Positions 27,227 through 36,746 of a stretch of DNA of 64,000 nucleotides are shown here, one piece after another. The stretch covers positions 61,451 through 125,450 of the forward strand of contig DAOKZI010000008.1 of NCBI GenBank assembly GCA_035325705.1, in the 5' to 3' direction. This stretch comes from Gammaproteobacteria bacterium. GTDB taxonomy: Bacteria > Pseudomonadota > Gammaproteobacteria > Ga0077536. The notes under the pieces are model-generated. The model worked only from the letters and a program-made list of their open reading frames with translations. It ran no database searches and was not told the DNA's origin. The position numbers were made by a program, and so were the translations under genes. Positions within the stretch are counted from its first letter, which is position 1, and each line of letters starts with the position of its first letter.

Positions 27227-28774
27227 ATGATCCAGCAACCCAGCAGCCTCGACAGCACGGATCGCACGCTGCGCGCCGCGCGCCAGGCGCATGCACAGGA
27301 CGTGTCGGCGGCGATCGCGCGCATCGAAGTGCTCGCGAACCTTCCGCGTGAGTACCTGCAGACGCTGGTCGGCGCCGCCGACGTCGTGCACTACGGCGCG
27401 AACGCGACGGTGGTCGGCCACGGCGGCTCGCCGCACGTGCTGTTCCTGCTGCGCGGTACGGTGACGGCGAAGAGCGCCGACGGCCAGTCGCTGCGCTACG
27501 ATGCGAACCAGGCGCCCGTCGCCCATCCGGTCTACCAGAGCGGCGATCCGACGGAACTCAGCACCGTGCGGCCATCGACGCTGCTGCGTTTTCCGCACGC
27601 CGTCTACCTGCGCCAGCTCGGTCTCGCGACCACCGCGTCCCCGCAGCGCGGTGCCGAAGTGCATTACCTCGAAGACTGGGACCAGATGGACGGCCTCGAG
27701 CGCGCGCTGAGCTTCGGTGCGCTGTCGCACGTACCGCCGGCGAACATCCAGCAGATTCTCTCGCGCATCGAGGAGATCCCGGTCAGTCCCGGCGAGCTCG
27801 TCTTCGCGCAGGATCTGCCCGCGCACGGCTATTACATCGTGAAGTCGGGCACCGCCGAGGTGTGGCGCGCCGACACTCACGGTCGCCGCTACCGCCTCGC
27901 GGTGAAGGTGCCGGGCGACGCCTTCGGCGACGATGCGCTGGTGCTCGAGGGTCTGCGCAGCGCGAACGTGAGCATGCTGACGGCCGGCACGCTGATGCGC
28001 ATCTCGAACGAAGATTTCAGCAGCCTCATCCGCGCGCCGCTGCTGCGCACGCTGAGCCGCGCTCAGACGGACGCGCTGCTCGAAGGCAACGGCCGCTGGC
28101 TCGATCTGCGGGACGCCGAGCAGTTCGCGGCCGGCGCCCAGCCGGGTGCCCTCAACGTGCCGATCTCGCTGCTGCGCCTGAAACGCCGCGCGCTCGCCAG
28201 CGACGTCAGTTATCTCGTCTACGCCGAGGATCGCCACACCGAGGAGCTCGGCTGCTATCTGCTCGCCGAGTGCGGCCTGAACGCCTACATGCTGGAGGAG
28301 CCGCTCGCCGAGTATCACCGGCCGCCCGCGCCGAGCGCTCCCGATCCGGCGACGCTGGACGCGCTGCTCGGCGCGATCGCCGCGCCGCTCGACGTGTCCA
28401 CGACTCAGGACATCCGTCGCCACGCGCGGGACGAAGCGCCGCCGCCGTTGCTCGAAGTCGCCGAGGGCGTCGATCTCAAGGCGCTGCTGCAGGTCGAGCG
28501 ACTGCGCTACGAGCGCCTGCTCGCCGAACGGACGCGCATCATCAAGGAGGCGGTCGAACGCCAGGCGAACGAGCAGCTCGCGAAAAAGGACGCCGAGATG
28601 CGCGAGCAGGTGCTGGCGAAGATGCGCGTCCTGCGCGAGGAGCGCGATCGGCTGCTCGCGCATGCGAAGCAGCTCGACGAGCAGCGCAAGGCGCTGCATG
28701 CGGAGCGCGTCGCCCTGGACGCCGAAAGCCGGGCTCTCGAAGCACTGCGCAAGGCAGTCGAAGCCACGGCCTGA
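27227..28774 (+). CDS. cyclic nucleotide-binding domain protein with inactive rhodanese-homology domain and C-terminal coiled coil
   Basis: The ATG at 27227 follows AAGGACGCGGAG. The CAP-ED-like block is GELVFAQD..YYIVKSGTAEV...GDAFGDDAL. The rhodanese-like block WLDLRD..NVP..YLVYAEDRH has Ala where the catalytic Cys would be. The tail is a heptad-rich Glu/Arg/Leu segment. Confidence 0.85.
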   Translation: MIQQPSSLDSTDRTLRAARQAHAQDVSAAIARIEVLANLPREYLQTLVGAADVVHYGANATVVGHGGSPHVLFLLRGTVTAKSADGQSLRYDANQAPVAHPVYQSGDPTELSTVRPSTLLRFPHAVYLRQLGLATTASPQRGAEVHYLEDWDQMDGLERALSFGALSHVPPANIQQILSRIEEIPVSPGELVFAQDLPAHGYYIVKSGTAEVWRADTHGRRYRLAVKVPGDAFGDDALVLEGLRSANVSMLTAGTLMRISNEDFSSLIRAPLLRTLSRAQTDALLEGNGRWLDLRDAEQFAAGAQPGALNVPISLLRLKRRALASDVSYLVYAEDRHTEELGCYLLAECGLNAYMLEEPLAEYHRPPAPSAPDPATLDALLGAIAAPLDVSTTQDIRRHARDEAPPPLLEVAEGVDLKALLQVERLRYERLLAERTRIIKEAVERQANEQLAKKDAEMREQVLAKMRVLREERDRLLAHAKQLDEQRKALHAERVALDAESRALEALRKAVEATA

Positions 28775-28840
28775 GCCGGGCTGGCACCGAGTGCCGGCTG
28801 CGCGTATCGTGCCGCGCAGCCTTTGCTTCCGATCCACTCG

Positions 28841-29857
28841 ATGAGCGCGCGCCCGATCAACCGTCAAGATCTCGCTACCTGGGGCATCGCGACCGCGGCC
28901 CTGTTGCTGATCCTCTACCTCAAGCTGCTGCCGGCGCTGATCGCGGGCCTGCTCGTCTACGTGCTCGTGAATCAGTTGACGCCGCTGCTCCGTCGCAACC
29001 GCTGGCTGTGGGGCGAATGGCCGCGGCTGGTCGCGGTGTCGATCATCGCCGCGATCGTGATCGCGGTGATCGGGCTCATCGGCATGTATGCCGCGAGCCT
29101 CCTGCGCGGCAGCCAGGACAGCATTCCGGCCTTGATCACGCGCATGGCGGAAATCATCGAGCAGTCGCGCACCCAGCTACCGGACTGGGTGTCGAACTAC
29201 ATTCCGGCCAATGCCGACGAGCTGCAGCAGTCGATCGTCGGCTGGCTGCGGGCGCATGCGGCGGTGTTTCAGACCGCGGGCACCGGGCTCGGCCGCGCCT
29301 TGGCGCACATCGTCATCGGCATGGTGATCGGCGGCCTGCTGTCGCTGGAGACCGCGGTGCCCGCGCAGTCGCGCGGGCCGCTCGCCTCCGCGCTCGCCAA
29401 GCGCAGCTATCGCCTGAGCGTCGCCTTCCGTCGCGTGGTCTTCGCGCAGCTCTGGATCTCCGCGCTGAACACCACCTTCACCGCGCTCTATCTCGCGGTC
29501 GCACTGCCGCTGTTCGGCGTCGATCTGCCGTTCACGAAGACGCTGATCGTGGTCACCTTCGTCGCCGGGCTGCTGCCGATCCTCGGCAACCTGATCTCGA
29601 ACACGGTGATCTTCATCGTGAGCTTCAGCCAGTCGCCGCTCGTCGCCCTGGTGTCGCTCGCGTATCTGATCGTCATCCACAAGCTCGAATATTTCTTGAA
29701 TGCCCGCATCATCGGCAGCCACATCCGCGCCCGCGCCTGGGAGATGCTGCTCGCGATGCTGCTGATGGAAGCGGCCTTCGGCATCCCCGGCCTCATCGCC
29801 GCGCCGATCTACTATGCCTACATGAAGAGTGAACTGCGCGAGAAGGGCCTGATCTGA
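28841..29857 (+). CDS. AI-2E family transporter (PerM/YhhT-like)
   Basis: I chose the ATG at 28841; the track start is TTG 28823. It has multiple TM helices and the conserved C-terminal segment GIPGLIAAPIYYA. Confidence 0.9.
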   Translation: MSARPINRQDLATWGIATAALLLILYLKLLPALIAGLLVYVLVNQLTPLLRRNRWLWGEWPRLVAVSIIAAIVIAVIGLIGMYAASLLRGSQDSIPALITRMAEIIEQSRTQLPDWVSNYIPANADELQQSIVGWLRAHAAVFQTAGTGLGRALAHIVIGMVIGGLLSLETAVPAQSRGPLASALAKRSYRLSVAFRRVVFAQLWISALNTTFTALYLAVALPLFGVDLPFTKTLIVVTFVAGLLPILGNLISNTVIFIVSFSQSPLVALVSLAYLIVIHKLEYFLNARIIGSHIRARAWEMLLAMLLMEAAFGIPGLIAAPIYYAYMKSELREKGLI

Positions 29858-29875
29858 TCGCGCCGGAGACTGCCG

Positions 29876-30550
29876 ATGTTGACGCTCTACCACTGCGCCG
29901 GTGCGCGCTCCTTCCGCGTACTGTGGACGCTGGAAGAAATGGGCCTCGCCTACGAGCTGAAGATGCTGCCGTTCCCGCCGCGCGTGCACCGGCGCGAGTA
30001 CCTGGAGGTGAATCCGCTCGGCACGGTGCCCGCCTTCTTCGACGGCGAGCTGCGCATGACGGAGTCCGCGGCCATCGCGCAGTATCTCGTCACGCGCCAC
30101 GGCCCGAGCCCGCTCGCCGTGGCGCTCGACGAGCCCGACTACGGGCGCTGGCTCAACTGGCAGTATTTCGGCGAGGCGACGCTGACTTTCCCGCAGACGC
30201 TGGTGCTGCGCTATTCGGTGATGGAGCCGCCCGAGCGGCGCAATCCGCAGGTCGCCGAGGACTACGCGAAGTGGTTCCTCGCGCGCCTGCGCGGCATCGA
30301 CGCCGTGGTCTCGCAGCAGGACTACCTGTGCGCGGGGCGCTTCACGACGGCAGACGTCTCGGTCGGCTATGCGCTGCTGCTCGCGAGCTACCTCGGGCTC
30401 GACGCGCGCTTGCCGCCGGCCGTCACGGCCTATTTCGGGCGGCTGCAGGCGCGAGAGGGATACCGGCGCGCCGTCGATGCCGAGCAGCGCGCCGCGCGCG
30501 AGCAGGGCGTGGAATTCGAGCTCGGGCGTTTCATCGCCGCGCGGGAATGA
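29876..30550 (+). CDS. glutathione S-transferase
   Basis: 224 aa. It starts MLTLYHCAGARSFRVLWTLEE and contains GTVPAF and ESAAIAQYL. Confidence 0.9.
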   Translation: MLTLYHCAGARSFRVLWTLEEMGLAYELKMLPFPPRVHRREYLEVNPLGTVPAFFDGELRMTESAAIAQYLVTRHGPSPLAVALDEPDYGRWLNWQYFGEATLTFPQTLVLRYSVMEPPERRNPQVAEDYAKWFLARLRGIDAVVSQQDYLCAGRFTTADVSVGYALLLASYLGLDARLPPAVTAYFGRLQAREGYRRAVDAEQRAAREQGVEFELGRFIAARE

Positions 30551-30556
30551 TCGCGC

Positions 30557-32128
30557 TCAGCCGCTCAGGCGCGCGACGTTTCCTTCTTCGCCGGCGGTGA
30601 CGGCGATGGCGCGGCCGAACACCTCCCCGCTCGCGATCGCCGCAATGCTCGCCGCATCCTCGTTCGAAATGCGCGCGAAGAAGCGCGCGCTGCCGCTTTC
30701 CGTCATCGCGGACACGTAGACGGCCTCCGGCCGTCCCTTCTTCATCGCCATCACGTAGCTCTCGATCACGCCCGTTGCGGGTGCCGGATCGGCGAGCGGC
30801 ATCGCGGGGATCGCGGCGAAGCGATGCGCGATGTCGGTGCAGTCGACGGGCCGCCACGGCGCGTCGAGCCGGCCCGCATACAGACCGGCCGAGTGCTTCG
30901 ACAGATAGCCGCCGTTGGCGACGACGAGCGCCGTCGACGCGCGGTCGGCGCGCACGCGCGCGACGGCCTCGCAGATCGCATGCATGCTGTAGTTGTTGCC
31001 GGGACCGCCGAAGAAGGGCAGGCCGCCGGTCAAGGTCAGCGCGCGGCCGCGCTGCCAGTCGAGGCCGAGCGCGTCGCAGGCGCTGAATACCGCGATCGGA
31101 AAGCAGCTATAGAGATCGAGGTGCGCGATGTCCTCGATCTGCGCGTCGGCCGCGTCGAGCACGCGCTCGAGCACGAGCTCCTGCGCGAGCGAGCGCTCGA
31201 GCAGGGTGCGCGCGCTGACCGTGCGATCGTCGAGATCGGCGTGGCTCTTCAGGAAGGCCCACTGCGCGGGCGGGAGGCCGAGGCGACGCGCGACGCCGAC
31301 GGAAGTGAGCACCACGGCCGCGCCCTGGTTCACCGCGTCCTGCGCGACCAGCGCCTTCGTATAGGGCTCGGAGACGAGATAATTGTCGGCATCGACGGTC
31401 GCGAGCGCCGCGGCCGTCCGCGCGTGGGGAAACTGCGCATAGGGATTCGCGGCCGCGACGGCGCTGAAGGGCGCGAACAGCGCGCCCATCTCGGCGCGGT
31501 ACGCGGCGCAGGTCAGCGCGCGCCGCCGCCGTCGCGCGTGCTCGAGCAGGGGATAGGTCCGCAGCGGCAGGAACAGGCCGTGCGCGCGCTCATAGGGGGT
31601 CGAGAGCTTGTCCTTTTCCCATTCGTCGATGCACTCGCCGCCGATTTCCTCGCGCCAGTCGAACACGCGCTGGGTGCGCGCGGCGTGCTTGATCGTCGCA
31701 ATTGCCTCGGCGCCGACGAGCAGCACGGCCTGCGTCTCGCCGCGCTGGATCTCGGCGCAGAAGCGGTTGACGAGGCGCTGCGGCGTCTGGCCGCCGACGT
31801 CGGCGTAGATCGCACGTCGCGGCGCGGCGCCGACGCGCCGTGCGATCGCGCGCGGCACGTTGTCGCTGCAGCCGAAGGGGTGAGCGACCATCTCGCCGCC
31901 CTTCGTCGAATGCTCGAAGAAACGGATCGCGACGACGGTGTCCACGAGCGCTGCGAGCGCCGCCCCGCGGCCGCTGTCCGCGAGCGCCTTCGAAGCGGCG
32001 ACTGCGGCGAGCGCGACCGGCGACAGCGTGGCGCTCGCCGCCTCGCGTTCGACGTGCTGGCCGACGCCGACGAGGATCGGCGTGGCCTCATCCAGCGCGG
32101 TCGTCGCCAGCGGTGCGCGCGCGCTCAC
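30557..32128 (-). CDS. thiolase-like (acetyl-CoA acetyltransferase family) protein
   Basis: 523 aa with a C-terminal thiolase-like GGLPFFGGPGNNYSMH pattern. It overlaps the upstream hydrolase stop as ATGA. Confidence 0.8.
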   Translation of the reverse strand: MSARAPLATTALDEATPILVGVGQHVEREAASATLSPVALAAVAASKALADSGRGAALAALVDTVVAIRFFEHSTKGGEMVAHPFGCSDNVPRAIARRVGAAPRRAIYADVGGQTPQRLVNRFCAEIQRGETQAVLLVGAEAIATIKHAARTQRVFDWREEIGGECIDEWEKDKLSTPYERAHGLFLPLRTYPLLEHARRRRRALTCAAYRAEMGALFAPFSAVAAANPYAQFPHARTAAALATVDADNYLVSEPYTKALVAQDAVNQGAAVVLTSVGVARRLGLPPAQWAFLKSHADLDDRTVSARTLLERSLAQELVLERVLDAADAQIEDIAHLDLYSCFPIAVFSACDALGLDWQRGRALTLTGGLPFFGGPGNNYSMHAICEAVARVRADRASTALVVANGGYLSKHSAGLYAGRLDAPWRPVDCTDIAHRFAAIPAMPLADPAPATGVIESYVMAMKKGRPEAVYVSAMTESGSARFFARISNEDAASIAAIASGEVFGRAIAVTAGEEGNVARLSG

Positions 32129-33075
32129 GGAATGTCGACCACGTCGCCCGGCGGGCCTTTGTGCTCGGGACGCGGCTCGTGCGCCGGCTTCACCGGCGGG
32201 CCACTGACCGGGACGGTGCGCGAGAGGAATTCGATCACCGCGTGGCCGAAGATGTCGTTGCGATCGCCGGCGACCATGTGGCCGGCATCGGTGATGTTCA
32301 CGTACTCGCTGTGCGGCGCGAGCTTCAGGAAGGCCTGCGCGCCTTCTTCGGTGAGCACGTCGGACAGGCCGCCGCGCACGAGCAAGGTCGGCAGGTTGAG
32401 CGCCTTCGCGCAGGCCTCGAGCCGCTGCACGCGCTTGTCGAATTCACGCCGCAGCATCAGGAAGCGCGGATCCCAGTGCCAGCGGTACTTGCCGTCGGGC
32501 GCGCGGCGCAGGTTCTTCGCGAGCCCCGCGAGATCCTTCGGCGGCTTGCGATGCGGCTGATAGGAGGCGATCGCCTGCGCGACTTCCTCGAGCGAATCGA
32601 AGCCCTCCGGCTTCTGTCCCATGAAGGCCTGGATCTTCTGCACGCCCTCGGGCTGGATCTGCGGGGCGATGTCGACGAGCACGAGCGCGGTGGCGTCCAC
32701 GCGATCCTCGCCGACGGCGACGAGGCTGGTGCCGCCGCCCATCGAAGCGCCGACCAGCACCGGCCGCCGCCCGCCGAGCGCCGCGATCACGCAGCACAGG
32801 TCTTCGACCATGATGTCCTGGCCGTATACGCCGTCCGGCGCCCAGTCCGAGTCCCCGTGGCCGCGCGCGTCGAAGGCGACGGCGTAATAGCCGGCGCAGC
32901 CCAGGGTCTCGCCGACGTTCTTCCACGCGTGCCGCGTCTGCCCGCCGCCGTGCTGGAGGAGAATCAGCGGCCCGGCCGGATCGCCCCAGCAGTCGCCTGC
33001 GATCGTGACGCCCTGCGCGCCGGGCCAGCGACACATGGGATCTGGAGTTCCTGGAAGGCGTTCACCGGCGCTCAT
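32125..33075 (-). CDS. alpha/beta hydrolase
   Basis: The oxyanion region is LLQHGGGQTRHAW, the nucleophile elbow is GASMGG, and the His is at DAGHMV. Confidence 0.9.
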   Translation of the reverse strand: MSAGERLPGTPDPMCRWPGAQGVTIAGDCWGDPAGPLILLQHGGGQTRHAWKNVGETLGCAGYYAVAFDARGHGDSDWAPDGVYGQDIMVEDLCCVIAALGGRRPVLVGASMGGGTSLVAVGEDRVDATALVLVDIAPQIQPEGVQKIQAFMGQKPEGFDSLEEVAQAIASYQPHRKPPKDLAGLAKNLRRAPDGKYRWHWDPRFLMLRREFDKRVQRLEACAKALNLPTLLVRGGLSDVLTEEGAQAFLKLAPHSEYVNITDAGHMVAGDRNDIFGHAVIEFLSRTVPVSGPPVKPAHEPRPEHKGPPGDVVDIP

Positions 33076-33256
33076 GGGGTTTCTCGGGACAGTAGAGACC
33101 CGTGCATTCTAGCCTGCGGGTCCGGCGCTGGGTGCCCCTAAGGCGGAGGAGCGCACGGCGCTCTCGCGCGGCAGCGCGTGCCGCCGGCTCGCGTCGCCAC
33201 CGTCACCGTCGCGGACTTAGAATGCCCGGCAGTTCATCGAACGAGGGGAGAGTGCC

Positions 33257-34045
33257 ATGCAGGTCGCGAGCATCGGACGAGTCTACGTCAAGGCCACCCG
33301 CTTTCAGGGCCCCGACAGCGTCGTCGTCGATGCCGACGGCATTCGCGACGATCGCGCTTTCGCGCTGGTCGAGGCCGATGACAAGTTCGTGAACTCCGAT
33401 CAGCACCGCGTGTTCCTGCCGCTCTCCTTCGACTACGACGCGGCGGCCGATCGTCTTACGCTGGACGTCCCGGACGGCCGCCGCGTCGAGGGCCCCGCGG
33501 CGCCGGCGGGCCGCCGCTTCGCGGTCGATCACTTCGGGCTGCGCACGATCGACGTCGCGGAGGTCGACGGCCCGTGGCGCGCAGCGCTGAGCGAATTCGC
33601 CGGCCGTCCGATCGGCCTCGTGCGCTGCCTGTCCAAAGGCCGCGCGCTCGACGTCTTTCCGATCACACTGCTCACCACCGGCTCCCTCGCGCGACTCGCG
33701 CGCGAGCTCGGCGACGGCGTCGACGCCCCGCGCTTCCGCGCCGGCTTCGTGATCGAGCATCCGGACGAACACGCTGAAGACGGCTGGGACGGCCGCAGCC
33801 TCAAGCTGGGCGACGTCGTGCTTCGCGTCCGCACCTCGGTCCCCCGCTGCGCAATCCCCGGCTTCAACCCCGCCACCGGCGAACGCGACAAGGACGTGAT
33901 GAAGAGCCTGATGCGCTACCGCGACAAGGTAGGACTGCCGGACGGCATGATGCCGGGCTACGCGACGCCGGGATTCGCGAGCTATGCGGAGGTGCTGCGG
34001 CCGGGGAGGGTGAGGGTGGGGGATGAGGTTGAGTTGCTGTCTTGA
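33257..34045 (+). CDS. MOSC domain-containing protein
   Basis: 262 aa. The conserved Cys context SVPRCAIP and the beta-barrel N-terminal domain pattern are present. Confidence 0.85.
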   Translation: MQVASIGRVYVKATRFQGPDSVVVDADGIRDDRAFALVEADDKFVNSDQHRVFLPLSFDYDAAADRLTLDVPDGRRVEGPAAPAGRRFAVDHFGLRTIDVAEVDGPWRAALSEFAGRPIGLVRCLSKGRALDVFPITLLTTGSLARLARELGDGVDAPRFRAGFVIEHPDEHAEDGWDGRSLKLGDVVLRVRTSVPRCAIPGFNPATGERDKDVMKSLMRYRDKVGLPDGMMPGYATPGFASYAEVLRPGRVRVGDEVELLS

Positions 34046-34144
34046 GTCGACTCGATTTCGTTCCTGCATCGCGTTCTCGGGCGATGGTCGACGATGCTTT
34101 CGAGCCCGCGATGAAAACGGTTGCTTGCCTCTCTTGCCAGCCCG

Positions 34145-34261
34145 ATGGCGGGCGTGGCGGCGGCGTTCGGCGGCGCCATTGCCGTCCCTGTAATCCTCCT
34201 TGGGGCTGGAGCAGGCGCAGTGCTCAGTGCAATCGTGGAAGAGTTAACTCGAGGTAAGTAG
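34145..34261 (+). CDS. possible 38-aa glycine-zipper membrane peptide
   Basis: It reads MAGVAAAFGGAIAVPVILLGAGAGAVLSAIVEELTRGK and could be TTG-extended from 34121. It is below the track cut-off, has no clear RBS, and its codon bias is mixed. Confidence 0.2.
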   Translation: MAGVAAAFGGAIAVPVILLGAGAGAVLSAIVEELTRGK

Positions 34262-34266
34262 TTCTC

Positions 34267-34522
34267 GTAGCCCGGGTGCAGCGTAGCGGAACCCGGGATC
34301 GAGCATGCCCGATACGCAAGGGCTTTCGGCCCTGCGCGGCGCGCACCGCGCGGGGTCTTCTCGAAGGCAGGAGAGACGACGAGCGCCGGATCCCGGGTTA
34401 CGCGCTGCGCGCTCCACCCGGGCTACGACACCGCCGTTCGCGCTGAAGGACTATGCCTCTTTCATGAGGGCGGGTAACGCGCGCGTCATGATCGTTGGGC
34501 TGACGAAGGAAGCCCAACCTAC
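34267..34522. repeat. 256-bp REP mosaic (A-long inverted, F-like module, D hairpin): left arm of an inverted pair
   Basis: The A-long element is at 34267-34426, the F-like module at 34427-34493 and the D hairpin at 34494-34522. It is the reverse complement of 35306-35563, roughly 85-90 percent identical by eye. Confidence 0.85.
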
Positions 34523-34546
34523 GGGCCGAAGCACCAGGAGAACGCC

Positions 34547-35272
34547 ATGGCGATCGCAAAGAAGCAGTCCGGGACACAGGTCGACGAAATTGCCGACGGG
34601 ATCTACCGCATCAGTACGGCGGTGCCTCTTCCCGGCGGCGGCTTTTCGTTCAATCAGTACCTCATCGTCGACGACGAGCCGCTGATCTTCCATACGGGGC
34701 CGCGCAAGATGTTTCCTCTCGTGCACGAGGCGGTCGCGAGCGTGATCCCGCCCGGGCGTCTCCGTTACATCGCCTTCTCGCACGTCGAGGCCGACGAATG
34801 CGGATCGCTCAATCAATGGCTAGCCGCGGCCCCGCAGTCTTCGCCCTTGTGCGGAACCGTCGCCGCGATGGTGTCCATCGACGATCTTGCGGACCGGCCG
34901 CCTCGCGCACTCGGCGACGGCGAGTTGCTGTCGCTCGGGAAACACAGCGTCCGGTGGCTCGATACCCCGCATCTGCCGCACGCATGGGAATGCGGCTGCC
35001 TGATCGAAGAACGGACCCGAACCCTCCTGTGCGGCGATCTGTTCACGCAGGGCGGCGCCCACAATCCGGCGATTACCGAGTCCGACATCCTCGGGCCGAG
35101 CGAGGCCTTCCGCCATCAAATGGATTACTTCTCGCACACCAAGAACGCCCGCCAGATGCTGGAAAGATTGGCTTCGAGCAAACCCACGACGCTCGCCTGC
35201 ATGCACGGCAGCGCATGGCGCGGCGACGGGGCCCAGCTCTTGCGCGCTTTAGCCGATGCGATATGTATGTGA
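34547..35272 (+). CDS. MBL-fold metallo-hydrolase / ODP-like di-iron domain protein
   Basis: 241 aa with RBS AGGAG. It resembles the N-terminal domain of flavodiiron proteins (FNQYLIVDDEPLIFHTG, SHVEADECGS, LDTPHLPH). Confidence 0.75.
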   Translation: MAIAKKQSGTQVDEIADGIYRISTAVPLPGGGFSFNQYLIVDDEPLIFHTGPRKMFPLVHEAVASVIPPGRLRYIAFSHVEADECGSLNQWLAAAPQSSPLCGTVAAMVSIDDLADRPPRALGDGELLSLGKHSVRWLDTPHLPHAWECGCLIEERTRTLLCGDLFTQGGAHNPAITESDILGPSEAFRHQMDYFSHTKNARQMLERLASSKPTTLACMHGSAWRGDGAQLLRALADAICM

Positions 35273-35305
35273 ACGGGCTCGCGTCTAAATGACTGCTCGG
35301 AGGCC

Positions 35306-35563
35306 GTAGCTTGGGCTGACGAAGGAATACCAACGGTGATGCGACGCGCGCATCCCTTTCAATCATGAAAGAGGCATAGTCCTTCAGCGCGAACGGCGGT
35401 GTCGTAGCCCGGGTGGAGCGCGCAGCGCGTAACCCGGGATCCGCGCCCGCCGTCCTTTCATGCATTCGAGAAAACCCGGCGCGGTGCGCGCCGCGCAGGG
35501 CCGAAAGCCCTTGCGTGTCGGGCATGCCGGATCCCGGGTTCCGCTACGCTGCACCCGGGCTAC
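35306..35563. repeat. 258-bp REP mosaic (D hairpin, F-like module, A-long): right arm of the inverted pair
   Basis: A degenerate D hairpin lies at 35306-35334, the F-like module at 35335-35403 and the A-long element at 35404-35563. Confidence 0.85.
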
Positions 35564-35601
35564 GAGGCATTGGACGCCGTGCGCGTCGGGCTTCCGCTGC
35601 C

Positions 35602-36633
35602 TCAGTCCGCAAACGCGGGCATCACCTCGGTCGCGAACAGCCGCAAGGAGCGCTCGAGCTTCTCGGTCGGCAGATCCGGCATCTGCATGCGCAGGACGAT
35701 CTCGGTGGGCGCGAGCGCGTCCTTCAGGGCCTGCACGCGTTCCCGCACGACGGCCGGATCGCCGATGAGATAGCGCGAGCCCATCGCGCGGTACTGGACC
35801 ATCGAGAGATCCGTCACCAGCTCGCCGCCGTCGGTCTTCAAGGCCCGTTCGCCCTGCGCGGACTTGCGGCCGTAGATCCCGAACAGCGCGTCGGTCCCGG
35901 GCACGCCGTAGCGCTCGGCCTCTGCGACGGTATCCAGCACCAAGGCCTCGCGGAAGATGGGCCGCTCAGCAGGCACGTAGCCCACGCGGGCGGCTTCCGC
36001 CAGGTAGTGCTCGAAGTGCTCGCCGAGCTCGGCGGTGGTGTGGCGGGGAGAAGCCACCAGCACCGCGCGCCGGCGCGCCGCCCGCTTCAGCAACTGCGGA
36101 CCGGAGACGCCGTACCACAGCGGCAGCTCGCGCTGGATCGGCGTGGGTCGCAGCTTGAGGGACGGGATCTGGAAGTACCGTCCCGCGAAGCCGATGTCGT
36201 CCGGGTTCTGCCAGGCGTGCTGGAGGAAGTCGATGATTTCCTCGTGCAGCTTGAAGCGCTCCGCGTACGGCACGCCGCGGCCCGCGAACTCTTCGGACGC
36301 ATAGCCCGGCGCCGTGCCGAAGATGAGGCGGCCCTCGGACAGGTTATCCAGCGTCGCCAAGTCCTCGAGCAACTGTACGGGCCGGTACAGCGTACTGACG
36401 AGAATGTTCGGCACGAGCTTCACACGCTGCGTAAGGCCCGCGGCCTGCGCGAGCGCGAGCAAGGGACTCGGCAGAAAGCCGTCGGGCTGGAAGTGGTGCT
36501 CGGTCACGTGCAGGCCGTGATAGCCGAGCTCCTCGATCAGGGGCGCGAAGCGGCGCCATTCGCGGAAAGTATCGAGATGCGTAGTGCTCGAGCCGGGCGG
36601 GGCGACGAAGCTGAAGATGACGGAAAACTTCAT
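35602..36633 (-). CDS. LLM-class flavin-dependent oxidoreductase
   Basis: 343 aa with a luciferase-like pattern (GYHGLHVTEHHF, GRLIFGTAPG). It lies divergent from a LysR gene. Confidence 0.9.
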   Translation of the reverse strand: MKFSVIFSFVAPPGSSTTHLDTFREWRRFAPLIEELGYHGLHVTEHHFQPDGFLPSPLLALAQAAGLTQRVKLVPNILVSTLYRPVQLLEDLATLDNLSEGRLIFGTAPGYASEEFAGRGVPYAERFKLHEEIIDFLQHAWQNPDDIGFAGRYFQIPSLKLRPTPIQRELPLWYGVSGPQLLKRAARRRAVLVASPRHTTAELGEHFEHYLAEAARVGYVPAERPIFREALVLDTVAEAERYGVPGTDALFGIYGRKSAQGERALKTDGGELVTDLSMVQYRAMGSRYLIGDPAVVRERVQALKDALAPTEIVLRMQMPDLPTEKLERSLRLFATEVMPAFAD

Positions 36634-36746
36634 CGGGATACCTCCTAGGCTAAGGATGGGGCCGGCCGGATGGATACGTCGTCTCTGCGTGCGGCGGCGC
36701 TGGCGGGACGATAAATCCGGCGCGCGGGATAACCCAACGAATTCTA

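Noticed and set aside
27026-28867. 613-aa minus-strand ORF
   Set aside because: It lies antisense to the cNMP-binding/rhodanese gene, which has recognisable domains. The shadow frame is low-complexity and Arg/Ala-rich.
34042-34257. 71-aa ORF from the track
   Set aside because: It is Arg/Gly/Cys-rich with no signal or motif and overlaps the more plausible, but still weak, glycine-zipper frame. I did not call it.
34305-35525. ORFs starting MPDTQGLSALRGAHRA on both strands (34305..34685 plus, 35073..35525 minus), and similar REP-derived ORFs (19286..19621, 45311..46975 N-terminus, peptides such as VARMSAANPGS and MLGFLRQPNL)
   Set aside because: Their apparent conservation comes from translating repeated REP and mosaic DNA. 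Each copy continues into unrelated sequence or into a real gene in another frame.
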